64,000 nt of DNA from Deltaproteobacteria bacterium (lineage in GTDB: Bacteria > Desulfobacterota > Anaeroferrophillalia > Anaeroferrophillales > Tharpellaceae). Position 1 is the first letter of the stretch; each line of letters starts with the position of its first letter. The translations under genes were made by a program, and so were the position numbers. Shown one piece after another: positions 58,079 through 64,000 of this stretch. Location of the stretch: positions 13,904 through 77,903 of the forward strand of contig JAFGVI010000026.1 of NCBI GenBank assembly GCA_016938065.1, in the 5' to 3' direction. The notes beneath the pieces were generated by a model that saw nothing but the letters and a program-made list of their open reading frames with translations, had not been told where the DNA came from and ran no database searches.

Positions 58079-59275
58079 ATGCTGACGCTATCGACCCGTG
58101 TAAAAGAGATCAAACCCTCCCCGACCCTGGCGATTACCGCCAAAGCCAAGGCTCTGCAGGATGCCGGCGTTGATGTGGTTAATTTCGGTGCCGGAGAGCC
58201 CGATTTCGACACCCCGGAGAACATTAAAGAGGCCGGAATCAAGGCGATTCGCGATGGTTTTACCAACTATACCCCGGTCCCCGGCATCCCCAAACTCAAA
58301 CAGGCGATTGCGGCCAAGTTGAAACGGGAGAACAATCTTGATTATCAGGAGAATGAAATCATCGTCTCCTGCGGCGGCAAACACTCCTTTTACAATCTTG
58401 CCCAGGCCCTGCTTGATCCCGGCGACGAAGTTATTATTCAAGCCCCCTACTGGGTCTCCTATCCGCCGATGGTCTCCCTTGCGGATGGCGTGCCGGTAGT
58501 GCTGGAAACCTCCGAGGCTGAAGCGTTTAAACTTTCCCCGGAACGTCTGCAGGCGGCCATTACGAAAAAAACCCGCGCCGTCGTGATCAATTCACCCTCC
58601 AATCCGACGGGTGCGGCCTACACCTGGGAGGAGCTTCAGGCTCTGGCTGAAGTGGTGGTCAGAAACAATATCCTGCTGATCAGTGACGAGATCTATGAGC
58701 ACATCATCTATGACGGTTTTGTTCAGCGCAGTCCCGCCGAGATCAGTCCGGAAGTGAAAGAGCATTGCATTATTCTCAACGGGGTCTCCAAAACCTACTC
58801 GATGACCGGCTGGCGCATCGGTTTTACAGCGGGACCGGCGCCTTTAATCGCGGCAATGACCAAGATTCAGAGCCAGAGCACCTCGAACCCGACCTCGATT
58901 TCGCAGGTTGCCGCCGTTGAAGCTTACAACGGTCCCCAGGATTATGTCAAAAATGTCCTGGTCGATTTTACCGAACGTCGTGATTATATCGTCAAAACTT
59001 TAAATACCATTCCCGGCATCACCTGTTTTAATCCGCAAGGAGCCTTTTACGCTTTTCCCAGCATCAAAGGTTTGCTGGGAAAAACCTGCAAAGGGCGAAA
59101 GATTGATTCAGATCTGACCCTCTGCGATCTGCTGCTTGACGAGGCCAAGATTGCCGCAGTACCGGGTGAAGCTTTTGGCGCCCCCGGCTATCTGCGTCTC
59201 TCTTATGCCACCTCAATGGAAAACATCATCAAAGGTCTTGACCGTTTAGCGGAATTTGTTAAAGGTCTTGCATAA
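58079..59275 (+). CDS. PLP-dependent class I aminotransferase (aspartate aminotransferase-like)
   Basis: GAGEPDFDTP, NSPSNPTG, SDEIYE, SKTYSMTGWRIG and RLSYA motifs. Confidence 0.93.
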   Translation: MLTLSTRVKEIKPSPTLAITAKAKALQDAGVDVVNFGAGEPDFDTPENIKEAGIKAIRDGFTNYTPVPGIPKLKQAIAAKLKRENNLDYQENEIIVSCGGKHSFYNLAQALLDPGDEVIIQAPYWVSYPPMVSLADGVPVVLETSEAEAFKLSPERLQAAITKKTRAVVINSPSNPTGAAYTWEELQALAEVVVRNNILLISDEIYEHIIYDGFVQRSPAEISPEVKEHCIILNGVSKTYSMTGWRIGFTAGPAPLIAAMTKIQSQSTSNPTSISQVAAVEAYNGPQDYVKNVLVDFTERRDYIVKTLNTIPGITCFNPQGAFYAFPSIKGLLGKTCKGRKIDSDLTLCDLLLDEAKIAAVPGEAFGAPGYLRLSYATSMENIIKGLDRLAEFVKGLA

Positions 59276-59298
59276 CTGTTAAATTTATCGGATTTCTC

Positions 59299-59343
59299 AA
59301 ACACGAAACCGACGAAGCTGCTGTTCGTCGGTTTCGTGTTTTT
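59299..59343 (+). terminator. Intrinsic terminator
   Basis: Perfect 18-bp stem AAACACGAAACCGACGAA/TTCGTCGGTTTCGTGTTT followed by T residues. Confidence 0.8.
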
Positions 59344-59366
59344 CTTGAAAGCATAAGCGGACAATC

Positions 59367-61382
59367 ATGATTACAGTTACCAATCTCAGTAAAAGTTATG
59401 GCGGCCAGAACCTTTTTTCCGATGTCAGTCTGCAGTTTGACCCCGGCAACCGCTACGGCATCGTCGGTCCCAACGGAGCCGGGAAATCGACCTTTCTGAG
59501 AATCCTCTGCGGCCTGGAAAGCGCCGACAAGGGGTCTGTCAGTCTGCCGGCCAAAATCAAGGTCGGAACCCTGAATCAGGATCACTTTGCCTTTGAAAAT
59601 GAGCTGTTAACCGATGTCGTCATGCAGGGTCTGCCGGAGCTCTTTACGGCCTTTGCCGAAAAGGAGCTGGTTCTGGCTCAGCCGGAGCCCTCACCGGAAC
59701 GGATTATTGAACTTGAAGAGATCATTCATCATTACGACGGCTATCAGGCCGAAAGCCGGATCGCCCAGATGCTGGAAGGCCTGGGCATTGCCACCATATA
59801 CCATAACCAGCCGATGCAGGTTCTCTCCGGCGGCTACAAACTCAGGGTGCTGCTGGCTCAGTGTCTCTTCAGTCAGCCTGAAGTCCTGCTTCTGGATGAA
59901 CCGACCAACCACCTTGATATCATGTCGGTGCGTTGGCTGGAGGATTATCTGGTTGACTATAAAGGCACCCTGATTGTGGTCTCTCACGATCGAGATTTCA
60001 TCAACCGGGTCTCCACCCATATTGCCGACATCGACTATCAGACCATCAAAATCTACCCCGGCAACTACGATTACTACCTGAAGGCCCGTGAGCTTGAGGA
60101 TCTGCAGCGGCGGCAGGAATCCGACAAAGCCGAAAAAAAGATGGGTGAGCTCCAGACCTTTGTCACCCGTTTTAAAGGCAAAGCCAGCAAAGCCCGCCAG
60201 GCCCAGAGCAAGATGAAGCAGATTGTCCGCATGGAAAAAGATCTGGTCAAGCCCCTCTACTCCTCCCGGGCCCACCCCCGCATCTCTTTTACCTGCTGTC
60301 GACCTTCGGGCAAAACCGTGCTTGAGGTTAACGGTGTGAGCAAAGCCTACGGGAACAAGAGAGTTCTGCACGAAGTCTCTTTTACCGTCAACAAGGGTGA
60401 GCGGCTGGCGGTTATCGGTCCCAACGGCATCGGCAAATCAACCCTTTTAAAGATCATTATGGGAGAACTTGAGGCCGATCAGGGTACGACAACCTGGGGC
60501 TATGAAACCTATCCCGAATATTTTTCCCAGGATCATCGGGAGCTGATTCCCAAAAATTCCACCCCGTATGAATATCTCTACAGCTACGGCCCGGGTGAGA
60601 GTATCGGCACAATCCGCGGCCAGCTCGGCAATCTTCTCTTTTCCGGAGATGATGTGCATAAAACTACCGCCGCTCTCTCCGGCGGTGAGGCCGCCCGGCT
60701 CATCATCGCCAAGCTGGTGTTAAAAAAAGGCAATGTCATGGTTCTTGATGAACCAACCAACCATCTTGATCTGGAGTCGATTGAAACCTTTATCAATGCC
60801 CTGGTCAAGTTTGACGGAACCATTATCTTTGTCAGCCACAACCGCTACCTCGTCAATCGGCTCGCCACCCGAGTCCTGGAGTTGAAAAGTGATGGTTTTG
60901 ATCTCTTCCCCGGCACTTATGAAGAATATCTTGAACACTTAGGCCACGACCATTTGAGTGGCGCAGTGCCGGCGAAACAGAAAATAACCCGCATGCGGGA
61001 GGTTAAAGAAGAAAAAGAGGAACCTGCGGAAAACCGCCCGCTTCCAAACAGCACTAGGCGCCAAAACGACAGCATGCCTCAAGCAACCGTCAGACCGCAG
61101 ATTCAGGATAAAACCCAGCGCAAAAAGATCAACAACCGGCTCAGACCTTTAAAAAAAGAGAGCGCTGAAGCCGAAGCTCTCTGCGAGGTGCTGGAAAAGG
61201 AGAATGAAAATTTCAACCTGCTCTTCTCGCAGCCGGAGTACTATTCCCAGACCGCGCCTGAATTAATCAAAAAACAGGCGGCCGCTAAAAAAGAGTGCGA
61301 AGAGAAACTGGCTTGGGCTTATCGTAAATGGGAAAAACTCAACCAGGAGATCGAAGCTCTGCAGCAGGAACTCGAAACATAA
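59367..61382 (+). CDS. ABC-F family ATPase with C-terminal coiled-coil extension
   Basis: Two Walker A motifs (GPNGAGKST, GPNGIGKST), two LSGG and two LDEPTNHLD; no TM segments. Confidence 0.93.
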   Translation: MITVTNLSKSYGGQNLFSDVSLQFDPGNRYGIVGPNGAGKSTFLRILCGLESADKGSVSLPAKIKVGTLNQDHFAFENELLTDVVMQGLPELFTAFAEKELVLAQPEPSPERIIELEEIIHHYDGYQAESRIAQMLEGLGIATIYHNQPMQVLSGGYKLRVLLAQCLFSQPEVLLLDEPTNHLDIMSVRWLEDYLVDYKGTLIVVSHDRDFINRVSTHIADIDYQTIKIYPGNYDYYLKARELEDLQRRQESDKAEKKMGELQTFVTRFKGKASKARQAQSKMKQIVRMEKDLVKPLYSSRAHPRISFTCCRPSGKTVLEVNGVSKAYGNKRVLHEVSFTVNKGERLAVIGPNGIGKSTLLKIIMGELEADQGTTTWGYETYPEYFSQDHRELIPKNSTPYEYLYSYGPGESIGTIRGQLGNLLFSGDDVHKTTAALSGGEAARLIIAKLVLKKGNVMVLDEPTNHLDLESIETFINALVKFDGTIIFVSHNRYLVNRLATRVLELKSDGFDLFPGTYEEYLEHLGHDHLSGAVPAKQKITRMREVKEEKEEPAENRPLPNSTRRQNDSMPQATVRPQIQDKTQRKKINNRLRPLKKESAEAEALCEVLEKENENFNLLFSQPEYYSQTAPELIKKQAAAKKECEEKLAWAYRKWEKLNQEIEALQQELET

Positions 61383-61891
61383 TGAGTGAATCAATCAGCC
61401 GTTCGCAGAAAAGAATAACCGATCCCGCCCTGCATATTATTCTTTTTGAGCCCGAGATTCCAGCCAACACCGGTAATATCTCAAGGCTCTGCGCCGCAGC
61501 CGAACTGCCCCTGCACCTGATTCATCCTTTGGGCTTCAAAACCGATGACCGCAATCTTAAAAGAGCCGGTCTCGACTACTGGTCCGAGGTTGATGTCAGA
61601 GAACATGAAACTTTTGCGGCTTTTGTCGATTTCTGGCAAAAGATTACCCCCTCCCCGGCCCCACTTATTGCCTTAAGCGCCAAAGCGCAAAAAAATTATA
61701 ATACAGTAACCGCAATCGCGCCCGGTTTCGGACTCATTTTCGGCCCCGAAACCCGGGGTCTGCCGCAGACCATCCTCGAAACCTACCCCAGCTGTACCGT
61801 TCCCATGTGGGGCAAAGTCAGAAGCCTCAATCTTTCGACCACCGTCGGCATCGTCGCCTACCATTTTTTGCAGCAGTTAAAAGTTTTTTAA
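61382..61891 (+). CDS. trmL: tRNA (cytidine(34)-2'-O)-methyltransferase
   Basis: PEIPANTGNI.RLC, LKRAGLDYW, FGPETRGLP and RSLNLS motifs. Confidence 0.95.
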   Translation: MSESISRSQKRITDPALHIILFEPEIPANTGNISRLCAAAELPLHLIHPLGFKTDDRNLKRAGLDYWSEVDVREHETFAAFVDFWQKITPSPAPLIALSAKAQKNYNTVTAIAPGFGLIFGPETRGLPQTILETYPSCTVPMWGKVRSLNLSTTVGIVAYHFLQQLKVF

Positions 61892-61910
61892 GCAGTTAAA
61901 TGGCATCCGA

Positions 61911-62017
61911 GGACAGAATAATTTTCACACAGTGCCTCAGTCTGGGAATCCCACCAGGTAGGCAATAGAGAAAATTTAACCTGTCTCCCGGTGTTGATTG
62001 TGAAAAAAATTCAGTCC
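61911..62017. repeat. 107-bp element bounded by imperfect 19-bp inverted repeats
   Basis: GGACAGAATAATTTTCACA vs revcomp of TGTGAAAAAAATTCAGTCC (16/19), with internal hairpins. Confidence 0.55.
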
Positions 62018-62063
62018 CCTGCAATTTTTTCATTAAGCTGAATAGTTACAAAAAAACGTTCTC

Positions 62064-62077
62064 TTGACTTAGGTCAA
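62064..62077 (+). promoter_or_regulatory. HcpR-type (CRP/FNR family) binding site
   Basis: Perfect TTGAC-ttag-GTCAA about 105 nt upstream of hcp. Confidence 0.75.
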
Positions 62078-62181
62078 AGATAAAAGGCCGGCTTTCCTCT
62101 AAATAGAGATTAAAGTAATCAAGATTGACAAATTAGATAGCCTTAACCCGGAAAACTCAACCTTAAAAGAGGAGATCAGTT

Positions 62182-63846
62182 ATGTTCTGTTTTCAATGTC
62201 AGGAGACCGCAAAAAATCAGGGTTGCACCATTAAGGGTGTCTGCGGCAAGCCGGAAGAGACCGCGAATCTGCAGGATCTTTTAATTCATACCTTGAAAGG
62301 TATCGCCGTTTACGGTGAGAAATTGAAAGAGTTTAATATCATCGATAAAGAGACCTCCCTCTTTACGGCCAAGGCCCTCTTTACCACGATCACCAATGTC
62401 AACTGGGATGATCAGAGCCTGTGTGACTTCATCAAGGAAGCTTTACAACGGCGTAACCAGTTACGCGATAAATTCATCTCAGCCTACAAAGCTGAAAATG
62501 GTCAGGACTTTACCGGGGCGCTGCCGGATGCCGCCACCTGGTTTTCTGCTGATACGACCGTCTTTGCTGAAAAGGCCAAAAGCGTTGGCGTCCTCGCCAC
62601 CGAAAACGAAGATGTCCGCTCTCTGCGCGAGCTTTTGATTATCGGCCTCAAAGGGGTTGCCGCTTACGCCGACCACGCCGCCATTTTAGGTTTTGAAGAT
62701 GAGGCTATCTACGCCTTCATCATGGAGGCCCTGGCCTCAACCACGAAAAATCTTTCGGTGGATGAGATGGTCGCTCTGGTTATGAAAACCGGTGAGACCT
62801 CAGTCACCACTATGGCCCTGCTCGATAAAGCCAATACCACGACCTATGGTAATCCGGAACTTTCCGAGGTCAATCTCGGGGTGCGCAACAATCCCGGCAT
62901 CCTCATCAGCGGCCATGACTTAAAGGATATGGAAGAGCTTCTTAAACAGACCCAAGGCACCGGCGTCGACGTCTATACCCACGGCGAGATGCTGCCCTGC
63001 AACTACTATCCGGCCTTTAAAAAATATGACCATCTCGTCGGCAACTACGGCGGTTCCTGGTGGCATCAGAATACGGAGTTTGAATCTTTCAACGGCCCCA
63101 TCCTCCTGACCACCAACTGCCTGGTGCCCTTAAAGAAAGAGAACACCTATCTGGATCGTCTCTTTACCACAGGGGTAGTCGGCTATGTCGGCGCCGCTCA
63201 TATCGCCGACCGTCCCGCCGGCGGCACTAAAGATTTTTCCGCCATTATCGAGCGGGCAAAAAAGTGTGCTGCTCCGACCGAGATCGAAACCGGTAAAATC
63301 GTCGGCGGCTTTGCCCATAATCAGGTTCTGGCTCTGGCCGACAAAGTGGTTGCTGCGGTCAAGTCGGGCGCCATTAAACGTTTTGTCGTCATGGCCGGTT
63401 GCGACGGCCGCCAGAAATCAAGAGCCTACTTTACTGAAGTCGCCGAAAAGCTGCCGCAGGATACCGTAATTTTAACCGCCGGCTGCGCCAAATATCGCTA
63501 TAATAAACTTGCTTTGGGCGATATCTGCGGCATTCCCAGAATACTTGATGCAGGCCAGTGTAACGACTCCTACTCCTTGGCCGTAATCGCCCTGAAACTG
63601 AAAGAGGTCTTCGGCCTTAAAGATATCAACGAGTTGCCGATCTCTTATGATATCGGCTGGTATGAGCAGAAAGCCGTGGCCGTCCTCCTGGCCCTTCTCT
63701 TTCTCGGCGTCAAAGGCATCCGTTTAGGACCAACCCTGCCCGCCTTCCTCTCCCCGGCCGTGGCGAAAGTTCTGGTCGAAAACTTCAATATCAAAGCGAT
63801 CGACACCGTCGAAAATGATATTGCGGCGATGATGAAGGGTGAATAA
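62182..63846 (+). CDS. hcp: Hybrid cluster protein (hydroxylamine reductase / prismane)
   Basis: MFCFQCQE...GC...GVCGK, SGHDL, THGEMLP, TTNC, GCDG, GQCND and WYEQKAV. Confidence 0.98.
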   Translation: MFCFQCQETAKNQGCTIKGVCGKPEETANLQDLLIHTLKGIAVYGEKLKEFNIIDKETSLFTAKALFTTITNVNWDDQSLCDFIKEALQRRNQLRDKFISAYKAENGQDFTGALPDAATWFSADTTVFAEKAKSVGVLATENEDVRSLRELLIIGLKGVAAYADHAAILGFEDEAIYAFIMEALASTTKNLSVDEMVALVMKTGETSVTTMALLDKANTTTYGNPELSEVNLGVRNNPGILISGHDLKDMEELLKQTQGTGVDVYTHGEMLPCNYYPAFKKYDHLVGNYGGSWWHQNTEFESFNGPILLTTNCLVPLKKENTYLDRLFTTGVVGYVGAAHIADRPAGGTKDFSAIIERAKKCAAPTEIETGKIVGGFAHNQVLALADKVVAAVKSGAIKRFVVMAGCDGRQKSRAYFTEVAEKLPQDTVILTAGCAKYRYNKLALGDICGIPRILDAGQCNDSYSLAVIALKLKEVFGLKDINELPISYDIGWYEQKAVAVLLALLFLGVKGIRLGPTLPAFLSPAVAKVLVENFNIKAIDTVENDIAAMMKGE

Positions 63847-63873
63847 GCAAACAACTGATTAATTAATTTACTG

Positions 63874-63930
63874 AAAAAAAGAGCCGTCGGTTTTGGGATT
63901 TATCATCTCAAAAATCGACGGCTCTTTTTT
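63874..63930 (+). terminator. Intrinsic terminator of hcp (possibly bidirectional)
   Basis: A7-GAGCCGTCGGTTTT...AAAATCGACGGCTC-T6. Confidence 0.85.
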
Positions 63931-64000
63931 ATTAATCCGGCAGACAGATTCAAACAGAAGTATGACACGGCGATGATAGATGAAGCGTAAACCCAACCAT

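Noticed and set aside
1..64000. CRISPR arrays, tRNA/rRNA, transposases, prophage or defence genes
   Set aside because: None seen by eye; intergenic gaps are all short and lack repeat-spacer or cloverleaf patterns. Not verified with tRNAscan or similar tools

Overview
A gene-dense, mostly housekeeping chromosomal segment. Gene content and order (cytochrome c3-family protein, hcp with an HcpR-type box, flavodiiron protein, CooT, PxxKW protein, short EF-Ts, lapA/lapB, lolA) point to an anaerobic diderm bacterium of Desulfobacterota/deltaproteobacterial type; this is inferred, not searched. About 65 CDSs cover cofactor, amino-acid and pyrimidine synthesis, RNA modification, translation (rpsB-tsf-pyrH-frr), Tat, HflKC and redox-stress functions. 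I saw no rRNA, tRNA, CRISPR array, transposase or prophage gene. Main highlights: (1) a ~220-nt extensively base-paired element with a candidate promoter and a 10-bp alternative pairing onto the translation-start region of a deoxynucleoside kinase homolog that appears catalytically degenerate (25178-26040), a candidate new RNA switch/pseudo-enzyme module; (2) a HesB/IscA-like selenoprotein truncated by the ORF track (in-frame UGA plus SECIS-like hairpin, 8582-8905); (3) a hexaheme c3-like cytochrome with a 33-aa internal duplication; (4) a catalytic-domain-only methionine synthase; (5) two unexplained intergenic inverted-repeat structures. All RNA folds were done by hand and all family calls come from motif recognition; none was checked against a database. 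Where an RBS or family N-terminus supported it, I moved start codons from the ORF track.
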